A stretch of DNA of 64,000 bases from Promethearchaeota archaeon (GTDB lineage: Archaea > Asgardarchaeota > Lokiarchaeia > Sigyniarchaeales > SOKP01), in contig JBHLOY010000002.1 of assembly GCA_048939995.1 (NCBI GenBank), positions 224,001 through 288,000 on the forward strand. Reading direction: 5' to 3'. Under the pieces are notes generated by a model. The model made no database searches and was not told the DNA's origin. It saw nothing but the letters and a program-made list of their open reading frames with translations. The position numbers were made by a program, and so were the translations under genes. Shown here one piece after another: positions 1 through 8,643 of the stretch. Position 1 is the first letter of the stretch; each line of letters starts with the position of its first letter.

Positions 1-686
1 ATATATACATCACCATCATTAGTATAAAGGGACCAATTGCAATTTTGCGTGTATTCCACATCATAACTTCTTACTTTTATATCCCCTGTGTTTTGAATAA
101 TTCCAGAAATATTTCCTTCTAGAATACAATAAAAGAAGTCATATTGAATATTACCTTTCATCAAATTGGTTATGATATTTCCAACTGAGACCCCAAGAGG
201 AATAGTTGCTTTAGAGCTTCCTCTAATATCAACCATAGTATTGATATCATAAAGTACATCAGCTTTAAGTGCTACGATTATATCAACATTTTTTATCAAA
301 GATAAAATATCACCTTGCTTTATGCCTTTTTTTAACTCCATTGTAAAATTTACAATAGTGCTTGTATTTTGCCAAAGGATATCGAAATAATCTATATGCG
401 ATTTTCCAACTAAACCTCGACCAATCATTTCAATATTTATATCAATTTTTGCACAATAACTTATTGGATCTGTTATATATTCAATTTCAACTTCTCCTAT
501 ATCGATATCAATATTCAGTTCATTCAAAAATGAAGGTGAGCTAGAATTGTAATAGAATTGAAGAGATTCATCTATTCTGCCATAAGATGAGAGACTTATT
601 GAAAAAATAACAATGGGCGTCGAAAAAATGATAATTAAACTGAATATAAGCATTATAATGATAATTCTAATATCCTTCCTTACCAT
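1..686 (-). CDS. Membrane-anchored extracellular beta-rich protein (DUF4097/adhesin-like), runs off the window edge; paralog of 10418..11467
   Basis: Not in the ORF track. Manual translation from ATG at 686 gives MVRKDIRIIIIMLIFSLIIIF...GEVEIEYITDPISYCAKIDINIEMIG...IPLGVSVGNIITNLMKGNIQYDF, open to position 1 and collinear with GNVEIRYIDPPVDYYVLIDVNIALIG...IPYGVSFRDLLTNVSNGNILYNF of 10418..11467. Confidence 0.8.
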   Translation of the reverse strand, partial: MVRKDIRIIIIMLIFSLIIIFSTPIVIFSISLSSYGRIDESLQFYYNSSSPSFLNELNIDIDIGEVEIEYITDPISYCAKIDINIEMIGRGLVGKSHIDYFDILWQNTSTIVNFTMELKKGIKQGDILSLIKNVDIIVALKADVLYDINTMVDIRGSSKATIPLGVSVGNIITNLMKGNIQYDFFYCILEGNISGIIQNTGDIKVRSYDVEYTQNCNWSLYTNDGDVY

Positions 687-802
687 TGTTAAATCTTTCC
701 AAGAGTAGATAACAAAATTACAAATAATGATATAGGTGAGAATACTATTTAAACCAATCCGTAAAATGCCTTGCTAAAGCGGGTTTTAGTATACTTATAA
801 TA

Positions 803-843
803 TTCGAACTTTGAGCGAAGTTTAGAAGCTATTTCTAAAAATA
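803..843 (+). promoter_or_regulatory. 41-bp conserved motif, copy 1 (dyad TTCGAA-N13-TTAGAA + TCTAAAAATA)
   Basis: TTCGAACTTTGAGCGAAGTTTAGAAGCTATTTCTAAAAATA aligns without gaps to copies at 5875-5915(-), 7482-7522 and 11588-11628. Confidence 0.75.
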
Positions 844-1047
844 GATACCATGTTTAGTTAAACCATTGTCTAAAGTTTTTGTGTGTTACAATGTGTTTCT
901 TTGTTTTGCTAAAATATTGTAAAAGACCCTACCAATTAATCATTCTTTTTTTTTAGTATTTTTTCTTGAGCATAATTTTTTTATATACATAACCCTTATA
1001 AGCTAATTATTAGAATACTATTATTGTGGTGATTCCACCCAATTCTC

Positions 1048-2049
1048 TTGATTAATTTTGATCTTATTGAACGTTTTTTTTCGTCTATTGCAATAGTAGT
1101 AATAATTTTTTGTTTTATATTTTATTTTTCTCAAGGGCGTAAGAAAGAGGTTCTACATGAAAAAATTTTGATGTATAGTTTTGCAAGTTTTTGGCTCAGT
1201 ATTTCTTTAGCAAGAATATTTTATTATTTTTCTGACATTTTTTTAGAGGGAACTTACTCAGGTGATTTAAGCACACTTATTGAATCATATGATCTCTTAA
1301 ATTATATTATTCTTTACTTTTATCTATATTCTCATATATATATTTTAATAAGTATTATAGCATTAAGTGTTATGTTTATATGGTTTTCAATAAAGTCAAA
1401 AAAAGAATTTCAGCTAGTTTCCTCAGTAGTAGCCATTGGATTTACAATATTTTTAATAGGATGGGTTTTTGAAACGACGGCATTAAAGCAATTAAACCTT
1501 ATACCTCCAGCATTACCATCTATTTTTATAATAGTAGGAACCATAATTGCAACGATACCTCTAATTGTGGATATTGAGTTTTTTTCAAGCAAATTAATTA
1601 ATTGGTTAGTTTTAATTTCAATTGTTTTGATTTTACTTTTTTTTAGTTTAACCATTTTTACGAATCTCCCATTAGTACTTTTAAGTCAGATTATAATCTT
1701 AATTTCAACCTCTGTTTTAATTATGGTGATCATTTTTGTGGCATTTTACATAATCAAGAGAATTAAAGTATCAGAAGTTCAGGAAATAGTTCCAAAGGAG
1801 GAACTTAAAGATTTTATAAAGACTTTTATGAAGCCTGCTACCATTACAATCGAGGAAATTCAATTATATAAAGAGAAAGGATTATGTTTGGTGTGTAAGA
1901 GTAAAGTCACACGATTAAATTATGTCTGTCCCAAATGCTATGCATTATATTGTTTAAAATGCTCAAGAGCATTAACTAATTTAGAAAATAGTTGTTGGGT
2001 CTGTGAAACCCCCTTTGATGAATCTAAACCTATGAAAAAGTCTAAATAG
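1048..2049 (+). CDS. Multi-pass (~7 TM) membrane protein with C-terminal C4C4 RING-like zinc finger; candidate E3 ligase
   Basis: About seven hydrophobic segments, then CLVC-x10-CPKC-x4-CLKC-x10-CWVC; lies upstream of the JAMM/E1/E2 genes; TTG start. Confidence 0.6.
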   Translation: MINFDLIERFFSSIAIVVIIFCFIFYFSQGRKKEVLHEKILMYSFASFWLSISLARIFYYFSDIFLEGTYSGDLSTLIESYDLLNYIILYFYLYSHIYILISIIALSVMFIWFSIKSKKEFQLVSSVVAIGFTIFLIGWVFETTALKQLNLIPPALPSIFIIVGTIIATIPLIVDIEFFSSKLINWLVLISIVLILLFFSLTIFTNLPLVLLSQIIILISTSVLIMVIIFVAFYIIKRIKVSEVQEIVPKEELKDFIKTFMKPATITIEEIQLYKEKGLCLVCKSKVTRLNYVCPKCYALYCLKCSRALTNLENSCWVCETPFDESKPMKKSK

Positions 2050-2074
2050 AATAATTAATAGGAAGGTAAAGCTT

Positions 2075-2284
2075 ATGATTGAATTATTAATATTGCTGCT
2101 TCTAATATTTTTAGCAATCCCTTATATTATATTGTCTTTTATAACATTCTGGGTATATAAAGATGCAAAAAAAAGAGATATGAATGTATTTGCTTGGATT
2201 TTGGTAATTTGGTTAATACCATTCTTTATTGGGTTGGTCATTTATTTAAAGATTAGAATACAATATTCTGTCACGAGATTATAA
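2075..2284 (+). CDS. Small 2-TM membrane protein (PLDc_N-like)
   Basis: Two hydrophobic helices separated by WVYKDAKKR; purine-rich GGAAGG upstream. Confidence 0.7.
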   Translation: MIELLILLLLIFLAIPYIILSFITFWVYKDAKKRDMNVFAWILVIWLIPFFIGLVIYLKIRIQYSVTRL

Positions 2285-2303
2285 TATTTTCATAATTTCT
2301 AAT

Positions 2304-2450
2304 TTACTTACATTCTTTGGAATCTTGTTCAATAAAAAATTTTAAGACTTTATCATTTGGAGGGCGATGTTCTGGAATTTTTTTTGCTTCAATTTTCAAA
2401 AATCTTAACTCTTCACTATTGTAATTATGGGTTTTGCTTTTTTTAGTCAC
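2304..2450 (-). CDS. Possible 48-aa charged small protein divergent from the GTPase gene
   Basis: Manual translation from GTG at 2450: MTKKSKTHNYNSEELRFLKIEAKKIPEHRPPNDKVLKFFIEQDSKECK*; fills the gap between genes; no family recognised. Confidence 0.35.
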   Translation of the reverse strand: MTKKSKTHNYNSEELRFLKIEAKKIPEHRPPNDKVLKFFIEQDSKECK

Positions 2451-2549
2451 CTGATTTCACTCAAAATTTCCGTTAAATTATACTTATATTAATTAATGTT
2501 AATAACTATAATAAAATTAATTACATTTATGTAAGCAATATTAATTTCG

Positions 2550-3566
2550 ATGTTAAAGCCTCCTCAAATCTTATTTACCGGAGAAAATGGTGTTGGTAAA
2601 ACAACTATCTTGAATTTATTTCCAGAAGATATTATTTTAGAATTAGACGATAACTTTAATGAAATTTTTCAAAAGCAAGTTAATATTACTGGATTCAAAG
2701 GTATAGAACATTGTATTTTAAGAGAAATTGATTTAAGAGAATTAGTAGACAATTTTTTTTCTTTTCAAAAACTACTACAGGCTCTTGATATCATTCTCAT
2801 TGTAACTGATTCAACTGAACGAAATATTAAATATACTTATAATTTATTTTCTGAATTGAAATATAAATTACCTAAAATTGATTTTTATATAATTGCTAAT
2901 TTTCAAGACAGAAAGTCAATTTCAATGCCCATAGAAAAAATTGAATCTATATTAAAAGAGAAGGTTTTTGGATATTCGGCCATCCAAGAGGATTCAAAAG
3001 ATTCTATGACTGAAATTATTAAAGAGATTTTAGAAATTTCAATTATTAAAAAACAAGGAAAAAAGCTTTCATTTGATAAAATTGATTACAATACAATTTG
3101 GTCAGACATCGAAGAAGCAAGATTGTTGGAAAAGAAAGGAGACCATTATGCGGCATCAAAAAAATTCTCAATTGCTGGATCTAAATTTAAAATACTAAAT
3201 TCAAATGAGGAAAAAGAAGAATTTAAAGCGTTATACAATTTATGTAAGGCTTGGGAGTGTATAGAATTAGCTGAAGAATATGAGGATGTTTCGAAGTTTG
3301 CTGAAGCTGTGAAATTTTTTGATCAAGCAATTGAATCTCTATATGATGAGAAATTAAAATTTTTAGTATCCGCTAATTTAGCACATTGTGAAGCTTTAAA
3401 ATTAGGAATGGAGTCAGATACATCAGATCAACTACATATTAAAGAAAAATTATATTTAGAAATAATCGATTTAATTAACAAAGCAGTTAATTTATATAAA
3501 AGAGGAGGTTTTGAAAAAGAAGCGGAATTTGCTTTAACTACCTTGAATAAATTAAAGAGCCTTTAA
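2550..3566 (+). CDS. Divergent Ras/Arf-superfamily small GTPase domain fused to a TPR-like helical domain
   Basis: G1 GENGVGKT, hydrophobic strand IILIVTD, G4-like ANFQD, G5-like YSA; no DxxG; C-terminal alanine-rich helical repeats. Confidence 0.75.
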   Translation: MLKPPQILFTGENGVGKTTILNLFPEDIILELDDNFNEIFQKQVNITGFKGIEHCILREIDLRELVDNFFSFQKLLQALDIILIVTDSTERNIKYTYNLFSELKYKLPKIDFYIIANFQDRKSISMPIEKIESILKEKVFGYSAIQEDSKDSMTEIIKEILEISIIKKQGKKLSFDKIDYNTIWSDIEEARLLEKKGDHYAASKKFSIAGSKFKILNSNEEKEEFKALYNLCKAWECIELAEEYEDVSKFAEAVKFFDQAIESLYDEKLKFLVSANLAHCEALKLGMESDTSDQLHIKEKLYLEIIDLINKAVNLYKRGGFEKEAEFALTTLNKLKSL

Positions 3567-3619
3567 TTGAGTAAATTTAAAATTTTAGTAAAATATCTTA
3601 AAACATTACAGGAATCAAA

Positions 3620-4114
3620 TTGACGTTATTCGAAAAAGATTTTCTATTTCCAGTATACATCGATAAAAATACTTTAAATCATATTGATGAATTATGCAAA
3701 AATTCTGATAGAGAACTTTTTGGCTATTTAATTGGTTTAATTTTAAAATGGAAAAAGAATAAATATATTATTATAAAAGAACAGATTTATATTAAAAATA
3801 CAGTTAGAAGTAATAAATTTAACACATCCCAAATTGAAGGAACTGCTGGAAAATACGAACAGGAATTTCAAAAGTTGAAACATAGTATGAGGAACGAGAA
3901 TTTACGAGTTGTAGGATGGTGGCATTCCCATATCAATTTAGGGTGCTTCTTATCCTTAACTGATATTCATACACAAGAATATTTTTTTCCTGAACCTTAC
4001 CAAGTTGCATTAGTAGTTGATCCTATTCGAGAGGAATACAAATTTTTTACATTAGATGCAGGCTCAAAAAAGAAATACAAAACGCTAAGTTATGCTATTA
4101 TATCTTCAACTTAA
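3620..4114 (+). CDS. JAB1/MPN+ (JAMM) metalloisopeptidase, Rpn11-like
   Basis: RELFGYLIG (catalytic Glu) and VVGWWHSHINLGCFLSLTD = HxH-x7-S-x2-D JAMM motif; ALVVDP. Confidence 0.92.
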   Translation: MTLFEKDFLFPVYIDKNTLNHIDELCKNSDRELFGYLIGLILKWKKNKYIIIKEQIYIKNTVRSNKFNTSQIEGTAGKYEQEFQKLKHSMRNENLRVVGWWHSHINLGCFLSLTDIHTQEYFFPEPYQVALVVDPIREEYKFFTLDAGSKKKYKTLSYAIISST

Positions 4115-4131
4115 CAATTTAGTTTATATCT

Positions 4132-5013
4132 ATGCGTAAGAAAGAAAATCAAGGAATTAAAGTGATTGGAACGGATTCCATAGATTCAGATAGATTCGAT
4201 CGCCAAAAGAGAATTATTGGTTGGGATCAAACTATTATTTCTAATGCGACAATTATGGTAATTGGTGCTGGAGCTACTGGAAATGAAGTTATAAAAAATT
4301 TAGCTTTAGTCGGAGTTGGAAAGATATTTTTAATTGATTATGATTTCATTGAAACTTCAAATTTAAGTCGTTGTGTGTTGTTTAACCCTAAAGTAGCAAA
4401 GGATAAAGAATACAAAGCAGATGTTATTAAAGATGTGTGTAGAGACTTAAATCCTGATGTCGAAGTTGTTTCAATTAAAAAAGACTTAAATTCAATAGAT
4501 AAAACTCTTTATAGCAAGTGTGATGTAATATGTTCTTGCTTAGATAATCTTGAAGCACGGATAGAAGCTAACAATTATGCATATTATAATCGAATTGCTT
4601 TTGTTGATTCTGGGATCGACGAATTTTTTGGTTCAGTTCAAGCAGTATATTCAGAAGTTGAAAATTCAGCTTGTTTGCAATGCGGTATATCAGAAAAGGA
4701 TTTGGATTTAATGTGGAAAAAATTTTCTTGCACTGGAGAGGAATTAAGGTCTGAAGAAGGTGAAACCACAAATAAAATAGCAACAATCATTACGACTACT
4801 TCAATAATAAGCGGTATTCAATCTCAGCAGGTTTTAAAATTTTTACTTGGAATTAAATATTATAAGGAAGATAAAAAATGGAATCCTTATATTGGAGCAC
4901 CATTGGTTGGTAAGCAATTAATTTATAATGGCCTAACAAACAGTTTCAACATTATTGATAAAATAAAAGATCCAAATTGTTGGACTTGCTCATACAAAAA
5001 ATCTAAGATTTAA
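4132..5013 (+). CDS. Ubiquitin-activating E1-like enzyme (ThiF/UBA family)
   Basis: DRFDRQ, GAGATG, D-x-D-x3-TSNLSR, LDNLEAR, Zn pairs CLQC and CWTC, candidate catalytic Cys in FSCTGE. Confidence 0.92.
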   Translation: MRKKENQGIKVIGTDSIDSDRFDRQKRIIGWDQTIISNATIMVIGAGATGNEVIKNLALVGVGKIFLIDYDFIETSNLSRCVLFNPKVAKDKEYKADVIKDVCRDLNPDVEVVSIKKDLNSIDKTLYSKCDVICSCLDNLEARIEANNYAYYNRIAFVDSGIDEFFGSVQAVYSEVENSACLQCGISEKDLDLMWKKFSCTGEELRSEEGETTNKIATIITTTSIISGIQSQQVLKFLLGIKYYKEDKKWNPYIGAPLVGKQLIYNGLTNSFNIIDKIKDPNCWTCSYKKSKI

Positions 5014-5030
5014 ATTAGGAGGAAATATGG

Positions 5031-5558
5031 ATGCCAGAATTACCCTTTGAGATATGGAAAGAAAGAGTAAATAATGAGATAAAGATCCTAAGAAATATTA
5101 GCCTCATTGAAAATAAATCTATAGCATGGCATGATAATAGTGTAGAATTATGGATTAATTTAAGTGCCTTTGGATTCGTTAAAAGAGAAATTGAAGGAGT
5201 TATCAATGTAAAACCTCAGATGAATCACCGAATTCTCATTAAAATAAATAGATCCTTTCCATATCCAGGAGGGATTGATTTTGCTTGGTATTCAGAAATA
5301 TTTCACCCAAATATCCATCCCATTGAATTAAAAGGATTGAAAACTATAGGCACAGGTTATATTTGTTTAAATATTTTAAGACAATGGACAAAATTATCAG
5401 ATTTGGAAACTACAGTTAAATCCCTTGAAAAATTAGTAGAGAATCCCAATCCAGAGGATCCTCTTCAATATGATATTTGTATTGAAGCTGCTGAATTCTT
5501 TAAAAGAAATTCAATTCAAGAACTTAAAAAGATTTATAAAAAAGAAAATTATATTTAA
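5031..5558 (+). CDS. Ubiquitin-conjugating E2-like enzyme (UBC fold)
   Basis: FPYP...IFHPNI...GYICLNILRQW (HPN motif, catalytic Cys, Trp), NPNPEDPL; AGGAGG RBS. Confidence 0.93.
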   Translation: MPELPFEIWKERVNNEIKILRNISLIENKSIAWHDNSVELWINLSAFGFVKREIEGVINVKPQMNHRILIKINRSFPYPGGIDFAWYSEIFHPNIHPIELKGLKTIGTGYICLNILRQWTKLSDLETTVKSLEKLVENPNPEDPLQYDICIEAAEFFKRNSIQELKKIYKKENYI

Positions 5559-5824
5559 GAATTAAAAAACAAACCTCCAATAACTTTTGTCCATAACATC
5601 AAAATATCATATTCTTTTAACCCAAATTTATGAATTGCCTCCCTAATTGATATTGCATTCGGTAATTCCTTTTCCTTATACACTAAAGCATAAGAACGTT
5701 GTTCTGAACTTATAAAACCCATATGTTTAACAACAATTTCTATAATACGCTCTATTATATGATGTTCCTTTACATCTAACTTTATTCTTTTGCCTGTTCT
5801 GGTATCTTCTATTGATAATTTCAT
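5555..5824 (-). CDS. Ubiquitin-like modifier precursor (GG at residues 83-84 followed by LFFNS)
   Basis: Aligns by eye with ubiquitin: TGKRIKLDV/TGKTITLEV, EQR/QQR, YKEKEL/FAGKQL, LMLWTKVIGG/LHLVLRLRGG; stop overlaps the E2 stop (convergent). Confidence 0.88.
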   Translation of the reverse strand: MKLSIEDTRTGKRIKLDVKEHHIIERIIEIVVKHMGFISSEQRSYALVYKEKELPNAISIREAIHKFGLKEYDILMLWTKVIGGLFFNS

Positions 5825-5874
5825 TTTTTTTTTTTAATTTTTCTTTTAAAGACAAATAAATTTATTCAACTAAT

Positions 5875-5915
5875 CATTTTTAGATTTGAGTTCGAAACTT
5901 TTCACAAAGTTCGAA
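5875..5915 (-). promoter_or_regulatory. 41-bp conserved motif, copy 2, ~50 bp upstream of the ubiquitin start
   Basis: Minus strand reads TTCGAACTTTGTGAAAAGTTTCGAACTCAAATCTAAAAATG (both TTCGAA half-sites perfect). Confidence 0.78.
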
Positions 5916-5922
5916 TTAGAGA

Positions 5923-7218
5923 TTATTCTTGTTCTTTCAACTTTTTATTAATTTCATCCAATATTTTATATTTTGGAAAATCTTTTAAAATTGAGGTTAA
6001 AATGGTTTTTTCTCTTTTTATTCTGTTATAATCCTCTAATTTTAGGTTAATTATATTTTGGAAAGCTAAACCCTTAAACTTGTCTACTAAATCATCTGAA
6101 ATTGTCTCTTTTTGATATTTCCCGAATAAGAAATTGATGTAATCTGGTACAAATTTCTTTAGAGGTGATTTTATATTTCTATCAAAGAGTTTATCAGAAA
6201 TATCATTTAAAATATTGTCTAATAAATCTACGGTTTGTGAATTTCTTTCTTCTTTAGAAATATCAGGTTGTAATCTTTTGAGATAACTAAACTTTAGAAT
6301 GTTCTCATCTATAATTAAATGCAACATTTTATCAATTTTGTCATCCTCTCGAAAATAATATACCACTTCATCATTAAGTCTTAAATTGAAAAATTTTGTA
6401 TCATATAAATCCTCTTCAGTAATCTTTTGCGTACAAAAAGTAAGTGTAGCTAGTTTAATATTATATTTAAGAGAAAAATTTTCTTGTGAAATATATTCTG
6501 GATATCGACTTGGATGATTTATAGAAAGAAATAATAATATTTTATAAAAATCTTCTTTTGATGGGAGTATATTCTCAATGAAGCTATAATTCAAATGATT
6601 GATTAAATCTAGAAATAAAATTTCAATTTGGCTATCTTCAACATTCTGCTCTTTAAGAAACCTTCTGACGTTTTCTTTGATACTTTCTATTTTATCTATT
6701 TCTTCTTCTAAAACTGATTGATAATCTAATTGGTATCTTTTCAGCATTTTATTATATCGTTCCTCACCTATTCTAGTGATTCTGTATTCCATGTTTTCAC
6801 TATCAACAAAACCTTTTTTCATTAAAAGATTTAAATATTTTGATAGAGAATTATGATTGAGAGAAAGAGGTTTTTCAATAAAATCTGACCACTTTAAATA
6901 GTCGTTATTAAATAACATCCACAAGATGATATGAGCATAATTTCTCTTGTTTAAAATGATCTCTGGAGGATATCTTAATTTTCTCTCAAATGAATCTTTA
7001 AATTTTAAATCTATATATCTTTTTTTACCTTCAGCAGTAGCTAGATAAACTCCTTTACTCTTTTTCTCAACATATCCGTTTGAAATTAATAATTTCATGT
7101 ATTTAGACAATGTAGCTAAGCTGATTTCTAACGGCTCATCTAAAAAGACAGACCAATTACATTCCTCATTATTATTAAGCATCCAGAGGATTATATATTC
7201 AAAATCTTTCTTCTCCAT
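5923..7218 (-). CDS. Tandem winged-helix (ArsR/MarR-like) DNA-binding protein with long helical C-terminus; probable regulator
   Basis: Two internal repeats IILWML-x-NN...W...PL...LSKY...L...G[YF]V...Y...T..G..RY. Confidence 0.8.
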   Translation of the reverse strand: MEKKDFEYIILWMLNNNEECNWSVFLDEPLEISLATLSKYMKLLISNGYVEKKSKGVYLATAEGKKRYIDLKFKDSFERKLRYPPEIILNKRNYAHIILWMLFNNDYLKWSDFIEKPLSLNHNSLSKYLNLLMKKGFVDSENMEYRITRIGEERYNKMLKRYQLDYQSVLEEEIDKIESIKENVRRFLKEQNVEDSQIEILFLDLINHLNYSFIENILPSKEDFYKILLFLSINHPSRYPEYISQENFSLKYNIKLATLTFCTQKITEEDLYDTKFFNLRLNDEVVYYFREDDKIDKMLHLIIDENILKFSYLKRLQPDISKEERNSQTVDLLDNILNDISDKLFDRNIKSPLKKFVPDYINFLFGKYQKETISDDLVDKFKGLAFQNIINLKLEDYNRIKREKTILTSILKDFPKYKILDEINKKLKEQE

Positions 7219-7427
7219 GCCTGATGGGTTAATTAAATCTTCTGGAGGATAATTGATTTTTTTAGCACAGATTTTATTTATACACCTATTATTATTTCTT
7301 TATTTTAATTTTCAATTAAATTTTGAGTAATCTCGCTTATATATAAGATATAACAAATATGTTTAAAAAATTTCATTTAAAAATAAAAATCCTCATATTC
7401 AATATTTTTTATTTAAATAACTCAAAC

Positions 7428-7452
7428 TTCGGATTATATGCAAAATTCCGAA
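7428..7452. promoter_or_regulatory. Dyad TTCGGA-N13-TCCGAA, variant of the motif, between the wHTH gene and 7596
   Basis: Perfect 6-bp inverted repeat with the same 13-bp spacer as the four 41-bp copies. Confidence 0.55.
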
Positions 7453-7481
7453 CTGTTTCTTGGAATAATAAGTGGAAGATA

Positions 7482-7522
7482 TTCTAAGTTCGCTAAAGGT
7501 TTCGAACTTAAATCTAAAAATA
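7482..7522 (+). promoter_or_regulatory. 41-bp conserved motif, copy 3
   Basis: TTCTAAGTTCGCTAAAGGTTTCGAACTTAAATCTAAAAATA. Confidence 0.7.
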
Positions 7523-7595
7523 AAGATTAAGCATAATAACCAATTGACACAAATTTGCCAAAAAAGAAAAAGAAAAAAAAAAAAGATGAAAAAAA

Positions 7596-8366
7596 ATGAA
7601 TAGAAATAACCTATCTAAATTGATTCTCTTAACCTTTCTGATGTTCGCTATTTTCAGTTTTATACCAGTAGTTGCAGCAAGCTCAGGTAATGCAACCAAA
7701 AGACCATTAGATGATTGGTTAGATCCGAATTACGCTGCTTTCCCGTGGGGCGAAGAAAATTGGGCTTTTTATGACTTTTGGAGCCCTTATTCTGGTTTAG
7801 TGACGAAGATGGGGTTACCTTGGCCTTTGGCTGGCTTCGGCCCATTTGTTAACGACATGATATACGAAAATAGTTTAGTAATAGGAGATACTATAATTGA
7901 TGGTAATATTAAAGAACGAGCATTAAACGATGGAACTGCTTTAATAACCCTGCAATTAAATGTGAAAAACGCTCCATGTTCAGTTTATGATTACTTCGAT
8001 TTTATTCTTTACTGTCTTGGGGCTGCTCCTTACCCTCAAGCCGTATTGGGAGATGGAATTGATGGGTATATCGATTATACCGTGTTAGTTAAATTTTATA
8101 TCCCTGAACCTGGAGCAGAGCTACCAAATGTATTTGATATGTGGTATTATTATGTCTCGATTAATATTCACGGTATTGGTTATGGAACATTAACAGAACG
8201 TGCAGTTGAGCTCGGTTTTGCCGAAACTGCTGGTGCACCAGGAATGGTAGAACTTCATCACATAGCCCTTTTTAAGCCTGATTTCAAAGAAACTCATCCT
8301 AAATATGATCCATTTTATGGTGATTTATGGCCAGTTGACTCCGTTGAAGTTTATGAATTGAGTTAG
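7596..8366 (+). CDS. Secreted hypothetical protein; paralog of 11681..12478
   Basis: Signal-peptide-like N-terminus; shared blocks RPLDDW, NVKNAP, HG-x-G-x-GT, K-x-DFK-x2-HP-x-Y, LW-x-VD. Confidence 0.85.
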   Translation: MNRNNLSKLILLTFLMFAIFSFIPVVAASSGNATKRPLDDWLDPNYAAFPWGEENWAFYDFWSPYSGLVTKMGLPWPLAGFGPFVNDMIYENSLVIGDTIIDGNIKERALNDGTALITLQLNVKNAPCSVYDYFDFILYCLGAAPYPQAVLGDGIDGYIDYTVLVKFYIPEPGAELPNVFDMWYYYVSINIHGIGYGTLTERAVELGFAETAGAPGMVELHHIALFKPDFKETHPKYDPFYGDLWPVDSVEVYELS

Positions 8367-8420
8367 AAGCAGATTAATGGAGAGAAATACCAAGTGAGGG
8401 TTGAAATTTTTAAATAATAA

Positions 8421-8508
8421 TATAGAACAAGGAGGAAAAAGATTAGAATAATGGCTTCTCGAATGACCACATCCAAACCACTATTCCTCCATTCTTTTTT
8501 TTTTTTTT
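8421..8508 (+). terminator. Stem (GGAGGAA/TTCCTCC) with long loop followed by T14; terminator or structured 3' UTR
   Basis: 8431-8437 complements 8484-8490; T-run 8495-8508; same layout at 12509-12594. Confidence 0.6.
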
Positions 8509-8643
8509 AAAATATTCTTTTTAATTTTTGCTTCTTTTTAGATTCTGATAAAATTATATCTTAAATCTGATTATCATAGACAGAAAAGTTTAAAAATAGA
8601 ATCAACTAATCTTCAAGTTATACATAAATGTGAATTCTATTAA

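Noticed and set aside
362-544. 60-aa plus-strand ORF
   Set aside because: Antisense to the real minus-strand gene 1..686
4132-5824. E1/Ubl as a ThiF/MoeB-ThiS/MoaD/SAMP sulfur-transfer pair
   Set aside because: The adjacent E2 with HPN and catalytic Cys, the JAMM protease, the eukaryote-like Ub sequence with a capped GG, and the absence of thiamine or Moco genes favour conjugation
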